A stretch of 64,000 nt of DNA from Mizuhopecten yessoensis (taxonomy: Eukaryota). How positions within the stretch are numbered: the first letter of the stretch is position 1; every line of letters begins with the position of its first letter. The stretch is from assembly GCF_002113885.1 (NCBI RefSeq), contig NW_018480044.1, positions 62,001 to 126,000 on the forward strand, in the 5' to 3' direction. A program made the position numbers and the translations under genes. A model generated the notes under the pieces. That model worked only from the letters and a program-made list of their open reading frames with translations, was not told the origin of the DNA and did not search any database. Shown in pieces: positions 48,079 to 61,412 of this stretch.

Positions 48079-49611
48079 CGGGTGCATTCATGTTCGACAT
48101 GGCGGGCACTTATGACGTCACATTTCCACGGATTATAACACTGGTGTGACACTGAAGAAAAGGCCAGGGGTCATCCGTGAAAGGTCATCAGGAAAACAAC
48201 CTTCCAGGACAATTCGTATCTTATTCATTGATAACCGACTACATGCATTGTGTAGTTTAACTTAATTTCTCTCACTGGTTCTTGCTCATCGATATTTGAG
48301 AATAACGTAGTTCAGCTAATTTCTTTCATTGATATATATGACAATCCAGCATCAGTATATATCTGCTTCTGGAAAAGTCTTCCATCCATACCACTTTGTT
48401 GACAATATAGTACGGAAGACTATTTAGTATTAACAGTATTGCATATTGCATAGTTTACAAACCGGAAGTAGATGCCTGTAATTCATTGATACCTAACAAT
48501 ACCTTAAGAAGACTGGCTTACTTTGGCTCCGATATATATATCGGATTTAGACATTTTGACAGATTGATATTAATCGGAATATCACTTGTGCTGATTAAAC
48601 CAATCGAAACACTGATTACAAACTACCACGAGAACAATTGCAAGTGGCCCATATGGTCAAAGCCTGGCCAGCCTTACGATGCGCAGGCCTCGAAAGAATC
48701 TGTCTGATATATCGGCCCATTTTTCTGCCCACAATTATCATATCTGTTGCCTATCATAGGGGAACTATCTGTCAAAATGTCAAAAATCTGGTGCTTGGTC
48801 CAGAGAAATTAGAATTAACATTACCGTAGTCAGACTTAATTGATATCTGCAGCTGAGGAAATATAATAATATTATTTCGTTACAACGATTTGTATAGTTG
48901 TTTTTCACAGCATGCATGTTGTTGGTTTAGCTATTCATTGTGGGTTTGATACATATGGTTAAATGTTGTCGCAAAAACTTTCAGTCAAGAACACACACAA
49001 CATATATAACTAAGTATAGCGTCTTGAAATTTATCATTTTCATAACTATTTACTTTATTGCAACAAACCTATTTTCAAACCAGTTGTCAATGCAGCATAA
49101 AAAAAACAAAAACAAAAAAACCAAGAGAAAACACATCAACAATAATTTTGTATGCACTATTGTTGACTGAAAAAATACCTTGGTAAATTCCCAAGTGCAC
49201 GTGTATGACGTGCAATTGTTGCTTAAGCCTGACCCATTTCCTGGAATGTTTCGTCGCCTTCGGAGGATGAGATTTAAGAAGTCGGAAATTAGATCCTGAG
49301 GTCTAATATATCAATATAAATCCTGATATGACACACATTATTAGTAACATATCGGTCATACATGTACAACAAACAGACTACTAAGAACAATCAAGTAAGT
49401 GTTTTATCTTCAACATATATAAGACAAATACAGGTACATTGCATGTTTGTGAAAAGGTATCATATACATATACTGAACTTATTCAATTATACATTAAAAG
49501 TTATAGTTATTAATAGGATCAATTATTAATATATTCCAAATATTTATACAACGCATGTATTTATAAAAAAAAATGTTTTTAGAGGGAAACAATATTTATA
49601 GTAAGTTATGT

Positions 49612-50170
49612 CGGGCCGCGGTGGCCAAGTGGTTAAGACGTCTGATCGACTACGATACGACCCCTCCATCACTGGGTCACGTGTTCGAGACCTATGTGGG
49701 GCAGTCGCCAGGTACTGGTCCACGTAGGTCGGTGTCTTTTCACCGGGAACTCCAGCTTTCCTCCACCACCAAAACCTGGCACGTCCTTAAATGACCACAG
49801 CTGTTAAGAGGACGTAAAACACAAACCAAACCTGGCACGTCCTTAAATGACCACAGCTGTTAAGAGGACGTAAAACACAAACCAAACCTGGCACGTCCTT
49901 AAATGACCACAGCTGTTAAGAGGACGTAAAACACAAAAACACCAAACCTGGCATGTCCTTAAATGACCACAGCTGTTAAGAGGACGTAAACTACAAACAA
50001 ACCAAACCTGGCATGTCCTTAAATCACCACAGCTGTTAATAGGGCGTAAAACACAAACAAACCAAACCTGGCATGTCCTTAAATGACTATAGGTGTTAAT
50101 AGGACGTAAGGCACGTCCTTAAATGACCCCAGCTGTTAACAGGACGTAAAATACAAACACACCAAACCAA
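49612..50170 (+). mobile_element. tRNA-derived SINE (V-domain-like core) with its 3' tail repeated ~7 times
   Basis: A box gtggccaagtggttaag, B box tgttcgagacc, core ccgggaactccagctttcctcca; tail units at 49775, 49831, 49887, 49947, 50007, 50067 and a partial at 50110. Confidence 0.85.
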
Positions 50171-50770
50171 AGAAAGTAAGATTGTATATTACTTTATTAC
50201 TTATCAAACCTTTTCGAATATAGACATGATACAAATTTCCAAACTGTACTTTCATTCTTGTAACCTTTAGTACCGCCAATGAGCCCTGAACTAACGAAGC
50301 AGTCATAATTTATGATGTCGTATAAGTTTGTATCTTTTGAATTTCTGCTTTGACTTACTTAATTTCTTCGGGCATGCAAAATTGGACGAAACGTATCATG
50401 TTCGTGATGAAACTGTATAAAATGACATTTCAGGGCAGAACATATTAAGTTGACGTGGTTCTAGTATAAAATTATCAAGAATAGTTGATAGTACGTGTTG
50501 TTAAACATCAAAGAACGATAAAACTGAAATTGACACATTTGAATGCTACATGACAAAGTGGTAAGTTTCCGACTACTGTTTGTGTTCTAAACAAATTTAG
50601 AAAAGTATAACTGATAAAAATTCATGAGAGAAGTAAAATAAGTTAAATACTAGATATACAAAAAGTTCAGGATAATGTGCTCCTGCATATGCAATGATTT
50701 TTTAGCATAAAATATATCAATCCATTATGCATACATGTAAATACACATACAAACGAGCAACAATGTTTAA

Positions 50771-50852
50771 CTCATTTACCCTGAAATTTCATAATAAACT
50801 ATTCCAGCCTTTGAATTGGAAGAGTTCAAAAGTGTCTTCGGGGGTGAATGAG
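50771..50852. mobile_element. 82-bp MITE flanked by TTAA
   Basis: ttaa|ctcatttaccc...gggtgaatgag|ttaa. Confidence 0.65.
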
Positions 50853-51719
50853 TTAATGAAATAAATGAAACGGGAAAGGATCGATAATGCTTTACCAGCA
50901 ACACGGGATGAGAATTGGAGCTCTGATGAGGTAACATAATTAACCATATTCATCAATTGATACAATCAATGCTGAATATGTAAGGAAAGTGAATCAGAAA
51001 CCGGAAGACAGACAAAGAAGATGGTACCTAAGACAACTATTTACGAGACAGAGCATGGGGTGCTAAACAAGTGCAATGAAATCCACGAGATTCCTTTGTG
51101 ATCGACCAGTTGGTAGCAGGTGTACTATAGGGGCAGTGAAAGGAGAACATCGTCCGACAACTACCAGGTTATCAAACTAATACAAACAAGCTCATGACTA
51201 GGAAGGATGGGAATCTCTTAGCAAACCTGTAGATCAGCTCGTAGGACGAGAGGAGTACTTTGAAGAGTGGTTTTCTCAAAGACACATAATCCCATTACAG
51301 GCAGAGAATTTAACATAACCCTGTACCAACATATCGATTACCAATATCAATAGTATCGGGGCACTTGACCCGTTATCATATAACATGGGCGTATAGGGCA
51401 GATGCAGCAGCTACTTCATACGAAATGCTTTCTATTCCTTTGAAAGCTTACATTCAACCGCTGTCTGTTCCAAATTAGTTCTAACAAAATTTATGTTTGG
51501 TTTCCAAATATCAATAAAACAGAGAATATCCTATATTATTTTACTGATACGTGTATAGAGATGTTTAGACGGGTCAGAATGGTGTTTTGGTGATTCATTA
51601 TATTTCAAATCTGATGTTTCTTAATTGCAACATTTTATTTTTGTCATGAATCATTGGTTCAAGTTTATCAACCTTTGTGCAACCGGGACCAGTTCAAATA
51701 ATTCTTTTCGTCAGATCGC

Positions 51720-51950
51720 TTAGAAACGACAAACAGAACTGCAAACAAGGCCATGGTGGTACCAATTCACAAGGCTCAAGACCAACTAGTCTAACATCAT
51801 GACTTCCTGGAAAACTAAGATAACTGATGTTCACGATCCTATTGTGAATCGTATGGAAACTAATTATGTAACACCCATTACCAGCTAAATGCAAACATGG
51901 TTTTGCGAAATGATAATCTTGCGTTGGCATCTAACAGACACTAGTTGACA
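51720..51950 (+). mobile_element. Highly degenerate CR1/L2-type RT fragment
   Basis: Broken-frame motifs KAMVVPIHK, RPTSLTS, GKL and KHGF. Confidence 0.45.
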
Positions 51951-52119
51951 CCAAACACGGTCATCAAATCAACGTTATATATGTTTTGTCTTCAGCAATA
52001 CCTACGATGACTCGGTCCTCCCAAAACGGTATAAACTAGAATAATACAGAAGACAAGGGAAGCTATTACCATAAAACGAATAATTGGCAAAGAAAATAAC
52101 CTGATTGTAAACTAGCCAC

Positions 52120-52680
52120 TATAATAATAATAATAATATACAGCATTTATATAGCGCCCTATATAATTTGTAAAATTACTCTAAGGCGCTTTACAACATA
52201 TGGATAATAGTAATGGTTATAATTGTGAAAACAAACGACAAAGGCTTGCAATCACTTTCATACATTTAACAAGCAATGTGCACATAATTGAACAAATAAA
52301 AGGGTGGTATTTACATGACGTCTTTGCAAATATTCTAAAACGTGAAGAGGTGAGTTTGTATGTCCCTCTTGAAAGTATTCGACTTCCCTATAGCAGATGG
52401 TAGGCTATTCCACAACGTAGCCGAAACCCTCCCAAAGCATCCGTTTCCGTAGGTCACTGTACGAGATTTTGGGACACACAACAAAGATTCTGACTCCGAC
52501 CGCAGTGATCTTGACGGCTGATACAGGGTAACAAGTTCCTGTAGGTACTGAGGAGCTGTTCCATTCAGTGCCTTGTATGTGTATACCAGAATTTTGTACT
52601 GCGACCTGTATCGTACAGGTAATCAGTGCAACGAATAAAGCGCATGTGTGATGTGCTCTCTCTATAGGCCTCTGTTTACA
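52120..52680 (-). mobile_element. 5'-truncated L2/CR1-group LINE (ORF2 C-terminus and 3' UTR)
   Basis: Minus strand reads EHITHALYSLH*LPVRYRSQYKILVYTYKALNGTAPQYL...RSLRS...LWNSLP; 3' end tgtaaagcgcc...gcgctatataaatgc(tat)n. Confidence 0.88.
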
Positions 52681-54039
52681 AACTAAAAACATGAGAACAT
52701 TTTCAGGAATTAATTTTGGGTGTTGTCCAAAATTTTAAACTCATAAAAAGACATTTTTTGCACGTATCTAGAACTAATAAATTAGAATTGTCGGTTGTAC
52801 AGGTATATATTATTTTCTGGCACCAAGAAATATATAGAACTACATTATTTCTGAGATTGTGCCAATTATGATTTCCCAGCCGAGCGGAGCGATGCAAATT
52901 TTTATTCTGAAGATGTAATACTAAACTATTGCAAGCTATGCCGAGCGTAGATAGCAAAAAGTTATCGGATATATTTCCATTGTCAAACAGATCGAGTGAG
53001 GCGTAGTATAGTTTTCTGAGTTTCCAGGTTATATTATATAACGTCGAGTATTCATATTTTATGGTGGCCGTGCGGAGCGAGTGTTAACAAATTCTGAAAA
53101 AAAAAATATGGTATAAATGTAGATTTTTGGTTAAAATGTTGATGCTTGTGTCATGCCCTTCATGTGCATGTAGTTTAGGCGAGCATTTTGGCAATTAAAC
53201 ATTGATAAATATGAATTATGATTTGTCTTTTATTGTGAGTCTGTACGCATACATATGTACAAGGGCAACAACTTATGAAAAGGATGTACACGCCAGGCTT
53301 TTATGCTAACATTGGTTATTATTCACCTGATAAAGTGATGCTAATGAGGGTGCTTTATTGACTTTGAAATTTATATATTTTAATTAATATTAAAAATCAT
53401 TCCTGGTGATCATGTGTACATGAAAACACATGTAAAAATACAGGTTTATCTATCATGAAATGGACTCTACATTTGAAATAACACTTTACCTACATACCTA
53501 ATTCTAATTCACCACACCGTGACATTAGAATAATAAGATTAGGTAGAGTCAGTCCGGGGAGCCTTGACCACTGACCTGACTGGAGACCCTACTAATATAT
53601 AGACAATAGAGGAGTTATCTCCTATTGTTTAGAGTATAAGTATACGTAGTGGACTCCTTGTTAGGTTTGGGCAACACCCTTAGGCATATAAAGCTACTCA
53701 AACTGTTAGCAAGGGGAAGCCATAGAAAATCATGGTTCAAGGGATGGTTCAAATTAGAAAGAAAACCAATATGAAACGCCGGTAGGAAAATCTTCAAAAA
53801 CCTTGGCCCAGATTATTTTTGGACACAGAAAAAAGTGTGCAACACCCTTGGGTCCGCCACTATGATATATTGTAGTTACTAATATATAGTTGAAATTTAT
53901 TGTGATAATTGATAATTGAATACACTATAAAGTAAAGGGTAATCGTGCAGACGTAAACAGTGCTGCCCCACTCGGAACTTATCGGGGCGAGTAGCTTATA
54001 TGAGGAGTCAAGAGGTGTACCGATTGAACACTTCAAGAG

Positions 54040-54141
54040 TTACTTCTCTTAAAATGGCGCGTGTTTTCCTGGTGCACCGAATTTTCTAACAAATCGAAAG
54101 TTGACTGATGTAGCGGGCAAATAAAATCGCATGAGGTAAGT
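54040..54141 (+). promoter_or_regulatory. Candidate promoter / first exon of an unidentified plus-strand gene
   Basis: YY1-like aaaatggcg, CpG-richer segment, and consensus donor GAG|gtaagt at 54136. Confidence 0.3.
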
Positions 54142-55729
54142 TTGTTCTGAACAATTTAAGAATTTGGTGTTGTCAGTTTTGGATTTGATATAGTTTTTTG
54201 AAAATCAGCCGATAGCCTACAAACGCCAGAATCAATAGGCCAGTAGATCTACTTGGGCCAGACAACCATGCTTTCATGATCATGATGATGAGTGCGACTT
54301 GATTAGCGAGGACGATGACATGCTGAAATTTAACTGTTCGTCATAAGTTAAGCACATGTATTTTAGGCATATATCTTATTCGGTGGTTGTTTTGAAGTTT
54401 TCAGATTAATGAGGACGTTCCTGAGAAAAAATAATAACTCATTTTGACGGGTAACCTATTTCGACGGATAAGTATCGTGTGTTGTCAACTACTCTGTGTT
54501 CATGTAGGAATCCATGGTTTAAAAAAATAAAATCAAGGACAGTTTGTATCTACACCTGACTTACAAGAATGTGGTAAAATGTGTTTATATATATAATCAG
54601 GTAAAAAAAAACCCTGAAAATTCTTTGACAAATTGGTTAGAAACAGAGAATTAGAGAAGGAAAAGTAACCAGAGCAGTGTGTGGTGTAGCTGCAATAACT
54701 TAGCTTTCTGACGACGAGAGATTTTTTCATATATTGCGTCGTCAGAGCCATGAAGCGGATCGTCCTATGCCAACTAATGGAGCAAAATCAAAATTGTTAA
54801 TCTGTAAGATAACATATAATTGGTGTCTCATATGAGCATAATGTTATCAAAAGATTGCATAATTGTTGAAAAAACAAATCTGTTTCACGAAATTAGCGAA
54901 GTCTGTCTTTGAGCAAATATAGAAACGACTGCCATGACAGATCACATGTGATGTTATCTCAATTATCCTTTCTATATAATATATGGCCTGCATGGCAAAA
55001 TATAGTATAACTACTGATGCCGCCATTTTTACTACAATTTCCATATTGGGTCATGACAACCATATTTAGACGTCTGACCTCTATCGAAAGAGACAAACTT
55101 TCCAACATGGTGGTCATCTCTGATTTCGATTGTACTTGCTACGTTAACTTAAAAATTTAACGACATTTTAGGGAGAGTTTAGCTTCAAGATTGCTCGGGT
55201 GTGATTTACACCGAGCTCTGTCAGACGCTCCATTACAAGGCATGGGATCAATTTAATACCCGACAGGGGCAGAGGAGGCAGATATTAATATTAGTACTAT
55301 GTGTGGTGTATCCGGACGTCGGGTGAAACCCGAAACTCTAAAACAAATAAAACTACTTCCACCTTGTTATGTCAATATGCCATCATCGATATTCATATAA
55401 AAAGTCAGCTTCTGTGACCTATTAAAATCTTAACATTGAAAGTAACTGATGGCAACATTGGAAGTATAAGCACGATTTATCATTTTTACTATAATGCTTC
55501 GATCTTGTAGCTGGAGAGTAACTTATGCTCTCCTACCTTACACTGTCCGTTAAGTTTCTGGTTACATCTGCTAAGCCATGCATCCTACAGAGAGACAGAA
55601 CTTTGTAGAACATTGAATAATGGTAGACAACCTGATATTATCTTCATTAGTGTTTTGGAAGGTTGGTTGCTTTCGCTTATGACAGATGGGGTTGTTATAT
55701 ACGATCATCAGACTGGTTTCTAATGTTGG

Positions 55730-56066
55730 CACTATCTGATACAGGTCAGCTATGAACAACTATCTGATACAGGTCAGCGATGAACCACTATCTGATACAG
55801 GTCAGCGATGAACCACTATCTGATACAGGTGAGCGATGAACCACTATCTGATACAGGTGAGCGATGAACCACTATCTGATACAGGTGAGCGATGAACCAC
55901 TATCTGATACAGGTCAGCGATGAACCACTATCTGATACAGGTCAGCGATGAACCACTATCTGATACAGGTCAACGATGAACCAATATCTGATACAGGTGA
56001 GCGATGAACCACTATCTGATACAGGTGAGCGATGAACCACTATCTGATACAGGTCAGCGATGAACA
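55730..56066. repeat. 28-bp minisatellite, ~12 copies
   Basis: Unit actatctgatacaggt(c/g)agcgatgaacc. Confidence 0.95.
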
Positions 56067-56598
56067 CATAGAAGGCTATTGACGACGTTTTACGTCTGTA
56101 TGCACCTGTAATATCGTGTGTCGCAATAAAACATTATTGGGAAGGTCCCTGTCAAAACAAGTGTTAATTATGTATAATAAATCAGGAATCCATCCAATGT
56201 TTCATTTCATTGCTTTACTTTACGCCTAATTATTCTGTCATAAAAAATACATGGGGTCACCTGCCTGACTAAAAAACCCAGCTGTAAGCTAACATTCAGG
56301 CTAACATTCAGGCTAACAAGGGTAAATAGTATTATAAGACAACTTGTTACATACTGTAAAATGATCAAAGCTTATTTTGATATATTCTGTCATAAAAGCC
56401 ATACATAGATTAATTTGTAAAAATCGCTTACTATAGTAAAAATATAATTCTGGTACATAAGTCCCCAAAGTAGGGCTAAAGGATATAATTGGTGTGGAGA
56501 TCAAATCCTTGGACAGGCTTTACATGATATGCTCATTTGAAGGATCAAATATTGAACATAATATTGTGGCAGGGTTCAATTGTACATATGATTATACA

Positions 56599-57945
56599 TT
56601 TTTAGGTCACCTGAGCTTTGCTCAAGTGACCTATTCCAATCGCTTTTCGTCCGTCGTCCGTCGTGCTTAAACTTTTACATTTTCAACTTCTTCTCAAGAA
56701 CCAGTGGATGGATTTTTTTCAAACTTGGTCAGAATCATCCTTGGTAGATGAGGCATCAAAATTGTAAAATTGGGATTCCTACCCCAACCCCTGGGGCCAG
56801 GGCTGGGCCCCAAAGGGAAAATTATCCAATATTTCAAAAATCTTCTTCTCCAGACTCAGAGGTACTACAGTGATTTTCTCTACGTGGAAAGAAAGATCAT
56901 CAGGGGCTTTACTTAAATTGTAAATTTCAGGACCCCCGAGCTATCCGTTCTCCCTTGGGGAGGGGGTAAAGTTTACTATAGTTTATATAGGGAAATAACA
57001 CTTTTGGGTATATTTTGACAACTTTCTGTAGGAAATTATTTTTACTTGGTGAGAATTATCCTTGGAGGTAGATGGTTTCAAATTGTAAAATTGAGATTCC
57101 TACCCCGACCCCTGGGGCCAGGGCGGGGCCCCAAAGGGAAAATTAATCAATATTTCAAAAATCTTCTTCTCCAGACTCAGAGGTACTACAGTGATTTTCT
57201 CTACGTGGAAAGAAAGATCATCAGGGGCTTTACTTAAATTGTAAATTTCAGGACCCCCGAGCTATCCGTTCTCCCTTGGGGAGGGGGTAAAGTTTACTAT
57301 AGTTTATATAGGGAAATAACACTTTTGGGTATATTTTGACAACTTTCTGTAGGAAATTATTTTTACTTGGTGAGAATTATCCTTGGAGGTAGATGGTTTC
57401 AAATTGTAAAATTGAGATTCCTACCCCGACCCCTGGGGCCAGGGCGGGGCCCCAAAGGGAAAATTAATCAATATTTCAAAAATCTTCTTCTCCAGACTCA
57501 GAGGTACTACAGTGATTTTCTTTACGTGGAAAGAAAGATCATCAGGGGCTTTATTTAAATTGAAAATATCAGGACCCCGAGCTATCCGTTCTCCCTTGGG
57601 GAGGGGTTAACGTTTAATATAGTTTATATAGGGAAATAACACTTTTCGGTATATATTTTATCCATTTTCAGCAGAAAATTGCTCAAACTTAGTCAGAATC
57701 ATCTTGGGTAAATGAGAGTTTTACTTTGTAAAATTAGGATTCCTGCCCCATCCCCAGGGGCTAGGGCGGGGCCCCAAAGGGAACATTTACCAATATTTTC
57801 AAATTCTTATCCATTGACGACATGACAAGTATTGTATTTCACTTGGTTTACATTCTGATTTCCACATCACATCTAAACAATAAAATAAAGCTACCAGTAT
57901 CTATGATATAACTCAGGTGACCACTAAGGCCCTTGGGCCTCTTGT
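56599..57945 (+). mobile_element. Helentron-associated/pearl-like non-autonomous element with 321-bp internal tandem repeats
   Basis: 5' tttttaggtcacctgagc hairpin plus (cgtc)n; 3' ctcaggtgacc...aggcccttgggcctcttgt; near-identical segments offset by 321 bp (57046 and 57367). Confidence 0.85.
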
Positions 57946-58865
57946 ATCATTATATCATGACAAGTGTGTGAAATTGTAAACTGACTTTGTGTACATAACA
58001 CTAGCTGCATGGACTTGACCTGAACAAAAAGCATGTTTGTTTCCTGTTACATGTCTGAAATAATTAGGGTAGGTTCACACTCACAGGGGAGATCACCCTG
58101 TCAATTCTTTCATACAGGGGAGGCCACTCAAATAACTCGCTCAAGGAGATTACTCTTAAAACTAGGTCAATCAAATAACTGACTCACACGGGAGATCACT
58201 CCATCAAATGTTTCTCAAAAGGAAAGACATTCTGATAATTGACTCACAAAGAGGGGGACACTGAAATGAATAACGGAGGTAACTCAAATGAATTATATTC
58301 CCTAACCAGAAAAACTTGTCCAGTCAAGCTAAAATAGTGATTTGACAAGAGATAACTTGTCCGGCGTTACAAGGTGTCATTATCAACCTTTGTCTACTCT
58401 ACCGGCCAATATCAATATGTAAAAGTAACATCTGAACCTTTATTTTACACCATAATAATATAGAGCTTTATATACAATGCCACTAAGGCAACAAATGATG
58501 TGTTTCTTGGTGGAGGAAAACCTACCATGACATCGGTGGGAAAAAGCAACCCCATCAGGATCACATGTCACTCACTCTCTCCACCATCACTGCAAATCAA
58601 ACCCAAATTCATGAAAAAAGTCAGTGGCTGAATGCTCAAGTTCATATAGTAGAATTGACAGTGCCTAACAAGCAATCATGGCTACAAACCGGAACCCCCA
58701 AAACAGTCAATCTATGGCATTAAGTACTTAGCTAGAACTCCAGTTGGAATATAACCAAACATGGTTTATTAGTGTTCCATAGAATGGCTTGTCTGTCCAA
58801 TTTTATTCAGAGTCAGTTTGAATTCAAAGAGTTGTAAAATTAATTCAGTATGATCACAGTATTGT

Positions 58866-59420
58866 CATCCTCAATACTCTCGCTCATTTCGCTCTCTTCA
58901 CCCCTGGAATATGTCATAGTGAAATTGAAGGCTCAGTGTGCACTATCTTGTGGATGAGATGAGAGAGTTTGATCCTTTGATGTAAATGTACATGTACAAT
59001 GTATATCAAAGGAATCTTGGGGTTAAGCTTAACAGTGAAAATTGAATGGCTTTGAAGCCCTAGTTGCTCCTCTGTAATCTTCAAAGGACAGGTATCGGCC
59101 TAGCGATTGGTCAGGTTTTTTCACTTGAGACCAATTAAATAGCTAGCTGTGTGCCTTCAATTTTGCTATGACATATTCCAGGGGTGCAGAGAGCGAAAGT
59201 GAGCGTAACCCCTGGATACCGAGGATGATTCCAGGGGTGCAGAGAGCGAAAGTGAGCGTAACCCCTGGATACCGAGGATGGGGGTGCAGAGAGCGAAAGT
59301 GAGCGTAAGCCCTAGATACCGAGGATGGGGGTGCAGAGAGTGAAAGTGAGCGTAACCCCTGGATACCGAGGATGGGGGTGTAGAGAGTGAAAGTGAGCGT
59401 AACCCCTGGATACCGAGGGT
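58866..59420. mobile_element. MITE (family of 17590-17943) with its right TIR amplified to five tandem copies
   Basis: ggtgcagagagcgaaagtgagcgtaacccctggataccgaggatg repeated at 59183-59420. Confidence 0.78.
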
Positions 59421-59611
59421 GCAGTATTGTTAGATAGATTGTGGATCCATTCTTTCATTGCTTTACCACAAGTTATATTGTTGGGAAGAAATTTTACTTT
59501 TTCTGTCGGTGTCACCGACATAAGTGATGGTTTAAATGCTTAAGAATTCAGTGTTCATATTCTTGAATTTTAAGCTTGTGGCATTCAATCCTCTTGAGGC
59601 TACTAGCCAGT

Positions 59612-59806
59612 TAACAATATTTATTATATACGGACAAGAAGTAATTGTGACAATATTTATTATATACAGACAAGAAGTAATTGTAACAATATTTATTATA
59701 TACGGACAAGAAGTAATTGTAACAACATTTATTATGTACGGACAAGAAGTTATTGTAACAACATTTATCATATACGGACAAGAAGTAATTGTAACAATAT
59801 TTATCT
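59612..59806. repeat. 36-bp minisatellite, ~5.5 copies
   Basis: Unit acaatatttattatatacggacaagaagtaattgta. Confidence 0.9.
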
Positions 59807-60786
59807 GATCGTCAAATTTTCAAGGCAATCCTTTCCTATAGCTATGTCAAGGCACTAACACACAATTACTTAACACAAAACACCAGACAAAGAACAATAA
59901 TCCGATAGCAGATAAATTGATATACTGATGTACAAGTATGTCTGTTTGGCTGGCTGATAGCCAAACGCTGTTTATAATTAATAATAATCCTTCATAATAT
60001 ACCAAACTAAAATTTGCTGACAACATTTACTCCGTAGTTGGGTATCAATGATTTCAGACAATAGTGTTTTTTCACATGTACCATATTCAACAGCTTTAAA
60101 AAAAATATCCAGGTGAGCTATTAAGGCCCATGGGCATCTTGAAGCTACAGCTGAAAACTGTTTAATATTGTTGCTTGATTAGCTAACCATTATTTATGGC
60201 TTTATTTTATTTTTTTAAATGACCAGGTATTTGGATTGAAAAATTATGAAATTGAAATTTATATTAGACTCTCTTTCTACATGTAATATGCTAGTGCCCA
60301 GTTTTTGTATCAGGAAGTGTACATTTATTTTAAGTGATTGGAAAGAAGCCAATAGTTGAGGGCCGGTGTATCGAGAGTGCTCCTGTAATGTAGCACACAC
60401 AGGAACACTGTTACACTACTGTTCTCTTTGTACAGCAGTACTCAGAAATAAGGGAAGGGCTGATAATAATATCTCTAGTGATCTCAGAGCATGATACAGA
60501 TAGGATCTGTGTGTAACTTGTAATATATTAGTTAACTGATCAGTTGAATTCATTAGATCAGAAACTGTTATATACCTGTATATATATGAAGTGTACCTGC
60601 TGTTCATTGTAATGATAAAACTTCTAATCTGAGATATTTTTGTGTACATTCGTGAGGTCATCTGAGACAAAGGGTCATATGTGATGTATTGTGATCTGTT
60701 TTTGTTCAGTTGTCCTAAGTCCTCTAGATCTGCCTCTAAAAGAATAACTTTTTCATCTTCTTCTTGACCACTGATCTGATTTCAGG

Positions 60787-61412
60787 TTTTTAGCTCACCT
60801 GCCCGAAGGGCAAGTGAGCTTATGTTATGGTGCAGCATCCGTCGTCCGTCCGTCGTCAACTTTTTGCTTTAAACAACTTCTTCTCAATAACCAAAAGGCC
60901 TAGGAAGATGATATTTGGCCTGTAGCATGCTGGGATGAAGGGCTACCAAGTTTGTTCAAATGAATGACCTTGACCTACTTTCAAGGTCACTGGTGTCAGA
61001 TGTCTTTAAAATCTTCAAACAACTTCTTCTCAATAACAAAATGGCCCAGGGTACTGATATTGGGCCTGTAGCATGCTGGGATGAAGGGCTACCAAGTTTG
61101 TTCAAATAAATGACCTTGACCCACTTTCAAGGTCACAGGGGTTGAAATATGTTAAAATCTTCAAACAACTTCTTCTCAATAACCAAAAGGCCCAGGGTAC
61201 TGATATTGGGCCTGTAGCATGCTGGGATGAAGGACTATCAAGTTTGTTCAACTGAATTACCTTGATCCACTTTCAACCTAATGTCCTTGTTCAACAATCA
61301 AGGTCAGAGGTGTCATATGTTTAAATCTTTTAATAGGTTCTTATGAAATCTTAAGATTACAAATGTTAGATTAATAACAGGTGAGCGATGCAGGCCCATT
61401 GGGCCTCTTGTT
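60787..61412 (+). mobile_element. Helentron-associated/pearl-like non-autonomous element with three ~145-150-bp cores
   Basis: tttttagctcacctgcccgaagggcaagtgagct, (cgtc)n, repeated aacaacttcttctcaataac, and 3' caggtgagc...aggcccattgggcctcttgtt. Confidence 0.85.

Noticed and set aside
57046-57558. Duplicated 63-aa ORFs
   Set aside because: They are the 321-bp internal repeats of a non-autonomous element and show no protein motifs.
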